A DNA stretch of 64,000 bases from Octopus vulgaris. Lineage: Eukaryota. The position numbers and the translations under genes are program-made. The notes under the pieces are model-generated. The model did not search any database and was not told the origin of the DNA. It was given only the letters and a program-made list of their open reading frames with translations. The stretch lies in contig OX597817.1 in assembly GCA_951406725.2 (NCBI GenBank), positions 34,906,001 to 34,970,000 of the forward strand, in the 5' to 3' direction. Below, piece after piece: positions 1 through 11,647 of this stretch (its first letter is position 1; each line of letters opens with the position of its first letter).

Positions 1-887
1 TCACGAGCAGGCTGTTCCGTTGATTCGGATCAACCGGAACCCTCGTCGTCGTAACCGACGGAGTGCTTCCATTCCATGAAAAAAAAAAAAAAAAGATGTA
101 TATGGAACCATACCATTGTTGTCTAACATCGAGTCAGTCTTAATATCACAAGTGACTAAATATATGTAGTTCCTGATGTTTCCCTATCATTTTAGTAGTC
201 AATGTGCGCAAAAAATCTTATGGAGTACAGACTTTTGCTTATCTTGCAGAAATAAGTGCGCGCTAATGTATAAGTAAAATAATTAATAACTGATCAAGAT
301 ATTAATTACTAAATTATTTTAGGCAATTAACTTCTTAGTTTAGCATTAATTTCCTGTGCGCCTTTTAATTTATTTTGTGCATTGCTGATTGCAAAACATG
401 CACCAACTTGGAAGAAACATTGTTCCATTTACATATTTATGCATTTTAATATATATATTTTAATCTTATTATGCTATTAGTTGATTTGTAATTGGTCTTG
501 GTATTGCACTAGATAAGGCATCTGTTTCATAACCAAGCAAACATGCTACGATATCTTTATAAAATACCATTAAAAAAAATTATACTTGAAAGATGACCTT
601 TGTAGGCCTTACTAAGCCAGTGGACATCTATTTGTCAGTGTCTGCATTTGCAAGAAAATACAACCTGGTTGCGAAAGGAATTATAGAAGGCTGCATTTCT
701 AATTGGGAATGATTAAGTAAAATGTTTAGTATGAGATCAGCAAAGTGATACACAAATGGGATGATAAAAGAGAAACAAGATGTTCTAAGTAGGTGGACAA
801 GGACAAGCAAAAACTTAGTTTAGAGGAGCATTAGAGAAATTAACGTCTATTGGTACCGAAAACATGGACAGCTTGCCTCTCTATACC

Positions 888-1335
888 TATTTCTTTACTA
901 CCCACAAGGGGCCAAACATAGAGTGGACAAACAAGGACAGACAAACGGATTAAGTCGATTACATCGACCCCAGTGCGTAACTGGTACTTAACTTATCGAC
1001 CCCGAAAGAATGAAAGGCAAAGTCGACCTCGGCGGAATTTGAACTCACAACGTAACGGCAGACGAAATACCGCTAAGCACTTCGCCCGGCGTGTTAACGT
1101 TTCTTATTTCTTTATTGCCCACAAGGGGCTAAACATAGAGAGGACAAACAACGACAGACAAATGGATTAAGTCGATTATATCGACCCCAGTGCGTAACTG
1201 GTACTTAACTTATCGACCCCGAAAGGATGAAAGGCAAAGTCGACCTCGGCGGAATTTGAACTCACAACGTAACGGCAGACGAAATACCGCTAAGCACTTC
1301 GCCCGGCGTGTTAACGTTTCTGTCAGCTCGCCGCC
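888..1335 (-). mobile_element. Tandem dimer of tRNA-derived SINE family B (MetaSINE-like central domain)
   Basis: Two head-to-tail copies with A box TGACAGAAACG, B box GAGTTCAAATTC and body GCCTTTCATCCTTTCGGGGTCGAT. Flanking 13-bp TSD GCCTCTCTATACC (875-887 / 1333-1345). Confidence 0.85.
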
Positions 1336-2946
1336 TCTCTATACCAATAATTCTACTGTAACGGCGATAGAATAGGTTGTGCGCCTCTGGGTAAGTAAAT
1401 GTAACATAATGGAGAATGAACCCTTGCCAGTCAGCCACATGGATTTTTTAATATGCTGCCTAAGATGTTTGTGTAGCAATAACATCATCCGAATTATATG
1501 AGAAGTACTCAAATAAGATATTTAAATTTTGTCATGAATTAACAACAGATCAGAGTTGATGTATCCATGAAGAGAAAGCCCAGTCTTAAAGAAATTGGAA
1601 AGAACCACGAAAGTTACTTGGGAATTGCAAGACAGGGCACCAACGTTCAGTAATGCATTGGTGAAAAATTCCCTACCCAGTCCAATTCTAAACAAAACAA
1701 CTGAACTTATTCCGACATGCTAGGATAAGCCTAGGTTTCTACTCATGAACTTCAAAGCAGACTCTCCTGGTAAATAAGGAACAGCAAATTTTCTCAGAAC
1801 CAACATGATTATCTGAAAACACGCCGAATGTCATTTAAACTGTTCACATGTTATCAATCGTTATCAATCGTCACTTCTCAATTTATTGATGTGTAGAGTA
1901 AATGATCGATTGAACGAAACTGTAGATCAGTTGTGTAGTCTTTTTTTTAACCTTACATATAACAAACTTGTTTCAAAATCTACACTTCTTGGAGAGTATT
2001 GAGCACTCTTATGATTTTATACTTAAAAATGAACAACATATGTTTGTTAGTGAGTGTATGCTGTGTGTGTGTGTGTTTGTATTGTTTTTCTTTATTTTCA
2101 TTGAATGAGTTTTAAGTACACAAACACATTGTGTCCTTAAAATTCTTTTAATAGACTTTTTTTCCATGCTGAATATTAATCCTTCTGCAATGCTAGCTTA
2201 AATACTAATCCTGTCTAGAATATTATTTTATTGACACAAATATTCATATTTCATAACCACCCCTGATACGAATGGTTTGCCTAAATTACGAAAATGGCTT
2301 CACCAAAGTGCAAACAGCCGACGTTTTTTTCTTTTTTAGTTCATCCAATAAAGTTGATTTAAATCATATTTTTAGGAAGAATTTTTTTAAAAAAAGCAAG
2401 TAAAGCGATAAAATGCATGACGAAATGAAGGAGTGGGCAAACGCGTTTAGGTTAATTGGGTTGTTTATTCGAAAGTTGGGTAAAAACAACATACCAATGC
2501 AGTTACTCTCATAAAGCAACAATGATGATGATGATAAGAAAGAAAAATGGCTCTTATAAGGAAATGAATCCCAAAATTTATTTAATACAAGCATGTTAAT
2601 ATCATTAAAATAATATTAATGCGGAGGTTTATATAATAATCCGACCACATTCAGAAAGTTCAGTCAAAGAAAATATGTTCAAATACCAGAAACATATTGA
2701 AAATTGTTTTTGCAAACAACTGAGAAATGATTATGTTTCGAAGGACAGAGTTCAAAGGTTATTGTTTTAAAAAAATACCATGTTGAAATGTAATTTCAAA
2801 GTGTAAGTGTAAAAAGGTTCTTTTGCATAGTGTGTGAGAAGTAAAAAATAATAAAATTATAAAGACGATTGCAGGGTCGAAGATACAGATTAGCTGTTCA
2901 AAAACACACAAAGACTGTTAATTTCATTTAAATATTTATTATTTGG

Positions 2947-2989
2947 CATCAAAATTTTCGTCGCACCAATTGCGACCTGGTCAGTGACA
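2947..2989 (-). ncRNA. Degenerate minimal hammerhead (G8>C)
   Basis: TGTCA-CTGACCA-G-GTCGCA-ATTGG-TGCGAC-GAAAA-TTT-TGATG; perfect stem II but the core is mutated. Confidence 0.4.
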
Positions 2990-3769
2990 TGTTTCATTTG
3001 CATCTGGTTTATGAAGTTGTTGTTTGATAAATAAAGAGATTAAGTGATAGATGTGAACTAAGAGGACAAGCAGCTTGGAGTCGTTTTCAAATACAAATGC
3101 CCGCTGGTTAGATGATGTATTTGGCCTCTATTAATACATTTTAGTCAGTCAAAACTAAGCTCCAGGCCTAAATTCTAAAATTTGCGGCTAATCATTGTGA
3201 TTGATCAGTAACTGACAATGTGGTATCAAAAGTACAAACGGTTGAAAGTAAAGCCATTTGACGGGCCAGTTTTAGTAACAAGACACTAACTTATTTGAAT
3301 GACGTTATCAAGATACATTGTGTCATATGAAACACAGCATTCTGCTACATATTTACTACCAAATCTTACAAAATACTATTTGGATAGACAAAATTACACT
3401 ATCAATAGAATTAGCTGCCAAGAAGGCGTTTATGTGCGAACTGGTCTAGCCGGTTTACATATGATCCAAGTAATAGGGAGTTTATAAGCGGGGCAATTAA
3501 TGGTTTCAAGTTTTGGCGCAAGACCAACAGTTGTAGGGAGAAGATTTAGTCGACCCCGAAAAAAGAAAAAGAAGAGAAGCTAACCATCAAATATGATTAG
3601 CAGTGAAAGAAGAGATTTATCACTATTCTGTGATGTGAGGATCAGAGATGTAAGGTATTCCGTATTGCAAACAGTGTTTCAGTATAAATCAGCGGCACAG
3701 TCGCCCTCACAAACGCCGAGGATTTGAAGGGATGCTACAATGAGAGCTTGCTGAATGAGGAGAATATAC

Positions 3770-3813
<44 letters not shown>

Positions 3814-4146
3814 ACCCACAGTAGATCCAACAGATGAACCTGCTGTTGAAATTGGCTGTTGTCAGAATGTCAAGAATGCTCGAAGCTTGTGAAAGGAGTT
3901 AGACCACCAGGGATAGTTGCTGAGATACAAGAAGTATCCAGCGAAACGAGTCAAGGATTAGTCACATGCATAGTCTATCAGGGAGTATAGAGATGGGACC
4001 ATTTCTAATAGCTGGCATAAAAGTATCATCATCAACTTCTTCAGGGATAAATACATTTGAAAGAAGCATCTACAGAGGACCAGGTTGTGAAGATAACATA
4101 GAATGTTATAACACAAATAGTTTGAAAAAAATGATAATTTAGACGA

Positions 4147-4476
4147 TGTAGGATGACGTCAGCAGCTGGGGAGCTGACCGGAAGAGGAAGGGGCAGGAGT
4201 GTCGCGCACGCAGGCAGGGGAGCATTAGGCTCTTTCGATCGGGGTAGCTGACAGAGCTGGACGCGTGAGCGCTTTGTCAAGGTAGGGGAAAAGCAGCTGC
4301 TATTTTTGACGTTCGAGTCGGGCCACGTGGAAGGGTGCGTTACCGCCGGAGAGGTCTGCGTCGACGAATAGAAGTAGGTGTCTTTATTTCAAATCTCCTG
4401 CATACACCAGAGACGAGATACAACTTGGGTCTGCGACAGAACGGACTACCACTGATGCCCTCGTCCTAATAAGACA
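4147..4476 (-). mobile_element. Possible solo LTR
   Basis: GC/CpG-rich island with TG...CA ends, partial terminal inverted similarity (TAGGATGA / TCGTCCTA) and a minus-strand AATAAA near 4385. No clear TSD. Confidence 0.35.
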
Positions 4477-4761
4477 ATTACAAAAGTTCTTAGTAAAGAA
4501 CAACCATTATACATAGAATTAGTGAACATGGAGAAAGCTATTAGGAAATACTACACTCTGTAGTTTAATGATCACTAAGAAACTAGGTGCAGATAAATGG
4601 CTTGTGTGAGCTGTACATGCCATTTGTGGATACGCTGTCAGCAACGAGTTCATTGATTAAAAAGTAGTAGCTCACCTATTTAGATTTCATTGTGATTACA
4701 CAAACGTCGTCTATGTTTAAAGTTTATAATAGTTAAGGTATGTCATTTTATAGTAGTTTTA

Positions 4762-5018
4762 TAGATGATGCACCGGACGTGAGAGGTCAAGTGACGTCAA
4801 ATTATGAAGAGGGCAGTCGACTAGCAGTTGCACGACCCAGAGACTCTCTCTCTCTCTCTGCCCTCAACTGTTGACCAGAAGCTAAGAACTCCGTCATCAT
4901 ATCCGTACTGGCCGGTTACCTGTCTTAAAAATCTGTCAAGACTCTTCCGCCCCCCCCCCCCCCACCCTGCTTCGTCACTTAATGTCACTTGCCTCCCCAC
5001 GTCCGGCGCATTATCCAC
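4762..5018. mobile_element. MITE-like element with about 45-bp imperfect TIRs
   Basis: GATGATGCACCGGACGTG..CAAGTGAC at the left end versus GTCACTTG..CACGTCCGGCGCATTATC at the right end. Confidence 0.6.
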
Positions 5019-5074
5019 TAACTCCCTTTTTTACTTCCGGTGCTTCTGCCTCATGCCGTATTTATATCGAAAGT

Positions 5075-5290
5075 ATTGATCTCAAATTTTGGCACAAGGC
5101 CGGCAAGTTCAGGGAAGCGGGTAAGTCAATTAGATTGATCCCCGTACTCAACTGGTACTTATTTTATCGACCCCGAAGGAATGAAAAGTAAAGTCAACTT
5201 CGGCGAAATTTCGAACTCAGGACGTAAAGACGGACGAAATGCCGCTAACCATTTTGCCCGGCGCGCTAACGATTCTGCCAGCTCGCCGCT
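5075..5290 (-). mobile_element. SINE family B copy
   Basis: Same head and body as 888-1335, with the alternative CCTTGTGCC tail. Confidence 0.8.
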
Positions 5291-5544
5291 TTATTTATAC
5301 AAAAAATAGTAACAGCCAAGGAATAAGATTTTGCCAGAATGTAATAATATTATTGTAAGTCTTCATGTAGACACATAAAAGACTTGTTATATTTTATTTA
5401 ACTATTATTTTACTTAAATATAGGAGTCATGAAAAAGTGTTGAAACTCTTAACAAATATGGAGACTTTTTCAAATACATCTGCCATAAGTTTTCGGGTCT
5501 AAATGAAGCAAAAAATAGATAAATAAAGCGTTATTGTAGTGAAA

Positions 5545-5790
5545 GCGAGCGGCCTAGTAGTTAACGTGTTCCACTCACGATAGCAAAAACGTGGTTTCAA
5601 TCCTGCACAGGAAGATGCGTTGTGTTTTTGGGCAAAATTCTCCAACTCACGTTGCTCCAGTCTACTCTGCTGTTTATTAGTGATACTGCAATGGACTGGC
5701 GTTTTGTTTAGGGGAATATGTTGTGGTTTCAGTTGCTTATACGTCCCAGAAATTGAGTATCTGGTCGTGTGAGTCTTATGGCTCATGACA
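5545..5790 (+). mobile_element. Diverged tRNA-derived SINE of a third family (V/CORE-like body)
   Basis: A-box-like GGCCTAGTAGTT, B-box-like GGTTTCAATCC, then TGTGTTTTTGGGCAA...GTTGCTCCAGTC. Confidence 0.5.
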
Positions 5791-5966
5791 GTAATGTTCA
5801 GGGATTATAGTTATTGTTGATGTAGACGATGATGTTGATGAAGTGCCACAAAATGGATAACCGGAGAAAGTTAATTTTGAGAACTGTGTATCTGAAGTTG
5901 AGTAAGAATAGTTGCAAATATTTAAATCTATTATTTGGAATTTTTTAAGAAAAATGAAAACTATAT

Positions 5967-6362
5967 AGGCGCAGGAGTGGCTGTGTGGTAAGTAGCTTGT
6001 TTACCAACCACATGGTTCCGGGTTCAGTCCCACTGCGTGGCATCTTGGGCAAGTGTCTTCTGCTATAGCCCCGGGCCGACCAATGCCTTGTGAGTGGATT
6101 TGGTAGACGGAAACTGAAAGAAGCCTGTCGTATATATGTATATATATATATGTATGTATGTGTGTGTGTTTGTGTTTGTCCCCCTAGCATTGCTTGACAA
6201 CCGATGCTGGTGTGTTTACGTCCCCGTCACTTAGCGGTTCGGCAAAATAGACTGATAGAATAAGTACTGGGCTTACAAAGATTAAGTCCCGGGGTCGATT
6301 TGCTCGACTAAAGGCGGTGCTCCAGCATGGCCGCAGTCAAATGACTGAAACAAGTAAAAGAG
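5967..6362 (+). mobile_element. tRNA-derived SINE family A, full length
   Basis: GGCGCAGGAGTGGCTGTGTGGTAAG...GGGTTCAGTCCC head, internal (TA)/(TG) tract, tail ...GACTGAAACAAGTAAAAG. Related copies at about 8777-9195, 11650-12025, 16660-17000 and 30833-31230 (+), and 36030-36390, 51125-51520 and 56507-56903 (-). Confidence 0.85.
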
Positions 6363-7300
6363 TATATATATTAAAAAAAAAAAAGATGGTGGGAATCGGC
6401 AATTTTCTTCTGTTTCATTTATGGATAGCGAAAAATGTCTTCAAGCATAAACTGAAACCGGATCCTCTCTCAGTTTGCCACCACGAAACATAATTTCTTT
6501 TGAATCAGTACAAGGTCATGTAAACATAAAACAAGAGGACATTTTTCAGTGGAAACGAAAGAAGTACATTTATTTTATCAACATCGACGAAATCAAAGAC
6601 GGTGTTGGTCATAACCGGATATGAACTCAAAAACATAAGAGACAAAATTAAATTCTGTAAAATAATTACCATGTTTACTCGTGAATAATGCAAGACATTT
6701 AATAATTCAAAACTGGAGATAGCATTGTACTCGAGTGCAAAAAAAGTGATAAGAGAATAAAATTTGTTATTGATTTTTTAGGTACAAAATGTGGACATCT
6801 CATTATATTCGAAATTGCATTGTATTCAAGTAAACACGGTAGTTATAAACTCTGCTGTTTCAGCTATCTCCATACCTTAACAAAGCGGCCATATACATTA
6901 TTTATTGTAGAAGGTGTTGCATTGATCTTACTAAGCATTATCTGATTGGTTATGTTAATCAATTTTCTTAGCCTCTAGTATTCATCGAATCTGAGTTTAA
7001 TTCCGGTTGGTGCAAAATTAAGCAGCTTAAGAAAATACATCTGAACAGGATGCTAGTACGAATAGGATGTTTGCGACAGCTATATTAAACCCAGATATAT
7101 ACCTATGTCAAAGTATACAGCGCACTGAGATGAAGAAACGTTTGCACTGTATGAACTCACCAGCCATGAGCTGGTGGTTTGATGCTTAATCTATTTGGAT
7201 AAACAAATTATCAATATTTGAAGGGAAAATAAACCAAACTGGTGGTATCATCATTTTGTGTATAGACAGGACAGTGGATTGGTTAGCGGTATTTGTTCCA

Positions 7301-7530
7301 GCGGCGAGCTGGCAGAAACGTTAGCGCGCCATGCGAAATGCTTAGCGGTATTTCGTCTGTCACAACGTTCTGAGTTCAAATTCCGCCGAGGTTGACTTTG
7401 CCTTTCATCCTTTCGGGGTCGATAAATTAAGTACCAGTTACGCACTGGGGTCGATGTAATCGACTTAATACCTATGTCTGTCCTTGTTTGTCCCCTCTAT
7501 GTTTAGCCCCTTGTGGGTAATAAAGAAATA
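7301..7530 (+). mobile_element. SINE B inserted in an older SINE B
   Basis: 13-bp TSD GGTATTTGTTCCA (7288-7300 / 7531-7543); the flanks rejoin into a decayed SINE B. Confidence 0.85.
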
Positions 7531-7724
7531 GGTATTTGTTCCAAATGTTTAAGTTCTGAGTTCAATTCCCAACCAGGTCAAGTCCTTCTTACTCTTCAGT
7601 GGTAGATGAGATCAAGTAGTGTGGAGTTTAATAGACTAGCTCTGCTCCATCAACCTAAATTTTTATCCTTGCACTTATGTTGGAAATAATTAATTTGTAA
7701 ATAGATATCCAACACTTATATATA

Positions 7725-8730
7725 CACGGCTGAGTGGTTAAAAAGCTCGCTTTTCAACCACGCGGTTTTGAGTTCACTCCCACAGTGCAGCACCGTGGAC
7801 AAGCACCTTCTAGTATAGCCAAGGAACTGCCAATACCCTGTGAGTGACTTGGTAGAAGGAAATTCTTTTCTACTCTAGGCACAAGACCAGAAATTTGGGG
7901 GAAGGGGGTCAGTCGATTAGACCGACTCAGTACACAACTTGTACCTAATTTATCGACCCCGAAAGAATGAAAGGCAAAGTCGACCTCGACTGAATTTTAA
8001 CTCCGAACGTAAAGACACACGAAATACCTATTTCTCTACTGCCCACAAGGGGCTAAACACAGAGGGGACAAACGCATTAAGTCGATTATATCGACCCAGT
8101 GCGTAACTGGTACTTATTTAATCGGCCCCGAAAGGTTGAAAGGCAAAGTCGACCTCGGCGGAATTTGAACTCAGAACGTAGCGGCAGACGAACTACCGCC
8201 AGGCATTTCACCCGGCGTGCTAACGATTCTGCCAGCTCGCTGCCTTAAGACAGACGAAATACCTATTTCTTTACTACCCACAAGGGGCTAAACACAGAGG
8301 GGACAAACAAGGACAGACAAAGGGATTAAGTCGATTATATCGACCCCAGTGCGTAACTGGTACTTATTTAATCGACCCTGAAAGGATGAAAGGCAAAGTC
8401 GACATCGGCGGATTTTGAACTCAGAACGTAGCAGCAGACGAAATACGGCTACGCATTCGCCCAGTGTGCTAACGTTTCTGCCAGCTCGCCGCCTTTATGG
8501 TAGACGGAAATTGCCTGGAAGATCGTCGTGTGTGTTTGTCCATCACCGCTTGACAACAGGTGTTGGTTTGGTTACGTTTCCGTAATCTAGCGGTTCGATA
8601 AAATTCACCGATATAAATGTCACCCTTTTAAAAGATAAGAACTAGGGTCGATTTGATCGATTAAACACTTTACAGCAGTACTCCAGCATGACCGCAGTCC
8701 AGTGACAAAGAAAAAGCAAAAAAAAAATTA
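7725..8730. mobile_element. Nested SINE stack: SINE A (+) interrupted by three SINE B pieces (-)
   Basis: SINE A halves at about 7725-7862 and 8497-8730; SINE B units at about 7865-8028, 8029-8246 and 8264-8495. Confidence 0.75.
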
Positions 8731-9391
8731 TAAAGAGATACAGGTAACACTATTTACCGAAACTGTCATCGATCATAGGCGCAGGCGTTGCTGTGTGGTA
8801 AGAAGTTTACTTCCCAACCGCATCGTTCTGGTTTCAGTCCCACTGCGTGGCATCTTAGGCAAGTGTCTTCCACTATAGCCTCGGGGCGACCAAAGTCTTT
8901 TTAGTGGATTTGGTAGATGGAAACTGAAAGAAGCCTATCGTATATATGTGTGTGTGTGTATGTGTGTCTGTTTGTTCCCCATCACCAGCTTGACAACCGG
9001 TATTGGTATGTTTACGTCCCAGTAGCTTAGCGTTTCGGTAAAAGAACCGATAGAATATGTACCAGGCTTTAAAGAAAGAAGTTATTGGGGTTGATTCGTT
9101 CGACTAAAATGCTTCAAGGCGGCACTACAGCAAGGCGGCACTACAGACCACAGCAAGGCTGCAGTCTAATGATTGAAACAAGTAAAAGATAAAAGATCAC
9201 TTCATTCCCTAGACAGTTTAAAAACACAACGGGTTGAAGTAAGCTTCTGGATTGTGTAGTCATGTCGAGGTTTCGATCCACACTTATAATCTTTTCACCA
9301 AATTCGCGATACAATTACTTTTTTAAAAAACAAATCAGTATCAAATTATTTCAAATGAATCTGTGGTTCAATATTAAGGCAGATTTAATTT

Positions 9392-9614
9392 AAGGCGGCG
9401 AGCTGGCAGAAACGTTAGCACGCCGGGCGAAATGCTTAGCGGTATTTCGTCTGCCACTACGTTCTGAGTTCAAATTCCGCCGAGTTCGACTTTGCCTTCC
9501 ATCCTTTCGGGGTCGATTAAATAAGTACCAGTTACGCACTGGGGTCGATATAATCGACTTAATCCGTTTGTTTGTCCTCTCTGTGTTTAGCCCCTTGTGG
9601 GTAGTAAAGAAATA
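9392..9614 (+). mobile_element. SINE B with 19-bp TSD
   Basis: GGTTCAATATTAAGGCAGA at 9365-9383 and 9615-9633. An inverted copy follows at about 9719-9920. Further copies at about 22354-22579(-), 28208-28400(+), 33958-34170(+), 48328-48550(-) and 58484-58650(-). Confidence 0.85.
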
Positions 9615-10783
9615 GGTTCAATATTAAGGCAGAAATAAAAAAAATTCTTGAAATACAAACGAAAATATGAATCACTTAAAAATTAAAGACGAATCAAAAC
9701 GTAAAGACATGAAATACCTATTTCTTTACTACCCACAAGGGGCTACACACAGAGGGGACAAGCAAAGACAGACAAACGGATTAAGTCGATTATATCGACC
9801 CCAGTGCGTAACTGGTACTTATTTAATCGACCCCAAAAGGATGGAAGGCAAAGTTGACCTCGGCGGAATTTGAACTCAGAACGAAGCGGCAGACGAAATA
9901 CGGCTACACATTCGCCCGCCCCCTTCTAAATCTTATATAATTGCAATTACTCGGAATGAAATATATATACGTGTGTGTGTGTATGTATGTACACACACAC
10001 ACAAATATATTGTATCTCTCTCTCTCTCGATACAATACACACACTTGTTCTATTTGACTTCTTTCATTATTATTAGTTACTTATTTAACATTTAACTAAT
10101 TAACAAATTCATTGCCTGATTAATTGTTTAGTTTATCAATCAAATGGCTAAGTTGGAGTAGAGGCGGACGGATTAAGTCGATTATATCGACCCCAATGCG
10201 TAACTGGTACTTATTTAATCGACCCCGAAAGGATGGAAGGCAAAGTTGACCTCGGCGGAATTTGAACTCAGACGTGGAAGAACGCAAAATCGCAACCGTC
10301 CTACAATCCTTATATAATTGCAATTACTCGGAATGAAATATATATACGTGTGTGTGTGTGTGTGTATGTACACACACACACACACACACACACAAATATA
10401 TTGTATCTCTCTCTCGATACAATCGAACAGGTTAAATATGACTGTGTATGAATATATTTTACTCATGGCTGCTTCGTGCGACATCATTTATTTAATTCTA
10501 GCTTGACTAGTTTTACGCGCATACTGTATATTGTTCTGATAATAATGAATTCGTTCTTATCGGGCTGTGAATGATAGATTTGGTGCTCGTAACTGATTGG
10601 TTGACCGAAAGACGTGGAAGAACGCAAAATGCCTTTACGATCCAGTGATATCATTCATAGCCCACTATGTGCTTTAACACATGTTATCCATACGAAGAAT
10701 TTTCATCCGGGACTATTTCCGCAGCGAAAGCTCTTCTCGTGTCTGAATATATTCGAACGCGTTAAATATAACTTCACACACAC

Positions 10784-10847
<64 letters not shown>

Positions 10848-11331
10848 GCACGCAGACTGTCAGAGAAAAGAGTACTCGATACCATGGTAGAGATTAATAA
10901 TATTTTGGTGTTCGGAAACTTTAGGATCTTCGTTCTTATTTATATGAATGAATGGAACAAAAATGAGCGTAGAAAAATAATTTAAGGATAACAATGGTAT
11001 ATTTTGAAAGAATAGAGACTAATAAATGAATATCAAATATCATACAAATTTAATTTTTGATTTATTGAAATTATCACGGCTTCTGGGCTCAGATTAATTG
11101 CTTGGTGTTAACAGATACCAATTCTAAATGATAAAGAAAGATAATCTCAAGACTGCTATAATCTTCAAAACTGATATGCCATTAAGGAAAAATATGAACC
11201 CTATTTAGACGCGAACACATGTTTACAGTTACCCTCTTGTCTTCAGACAGGCCTCCTTTTCTTTAACGGCATATCAAATTTGTGCAGGTGCATGGCTTAG
11301 TGGTTTCGGCGTTGGAGTCATATATATATTG

Positions 11332-11647
11332 ATAGAAATGGTAAGACAACAAAAGAACGAAAGAGACCTCGATATTACGTGACAATTATTCGGTAGCCAT
11401 GATAAAACTCGAGTTTCGGATGTCGGGGCGGAAACCCACGCCGGCATCTCTTCAGTTATCATGCCATCAAAAAAATGCTATGAAAATGACCGTTAAACAA
11501 AAAATGCATTTTTTCCGATGGCGACGTGGATTTCCATCCCACGACATCCGAAACTCGGAGTTTTATCATGGTTGCCGAATAATTGTCACATATTACATTT
11601 ACATAATATCGAGGTCTTTCTTTCTTTTGTTGTCTTACCATTTCTAT
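11332..11647. mobile_element. Inverted pair of Penelope-like element ends
   Basis: About 115-130-bp imperfect inverted arms; the left arm carries the hammerhead. Confidence 0.55.
11398..11463 (-). ncRNA. Minimal type I hammerhead ribozyme (PLE-type)
   Basis: CATGATAA-CTGAAGA-GATGCCGG..CCGACATC-C-GAAAC-TCGA-GTT-TTATCATG: 8-bp stem I and palindromic loop III. Confidence 0.65.

Noticed and set aside
973-1375. Repeated ORFs MRNWYLTYRPRK... (also 7251, 22440, 58569)
   Set aside because: Antisense translations of SINE B, not a gene family.
5967-6050. tRNA-like A/B boxes
   Set aside because: These are SINE heads continuing into SINE bodies; no complete cloverleaf, so not called as tRNA genes.
888-9920. 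CRISPR-like regularly recurring repeats
   Set aside because: Recurrences are SINE copies in a eukaryotic context, with no repeat-spacer periodicity.
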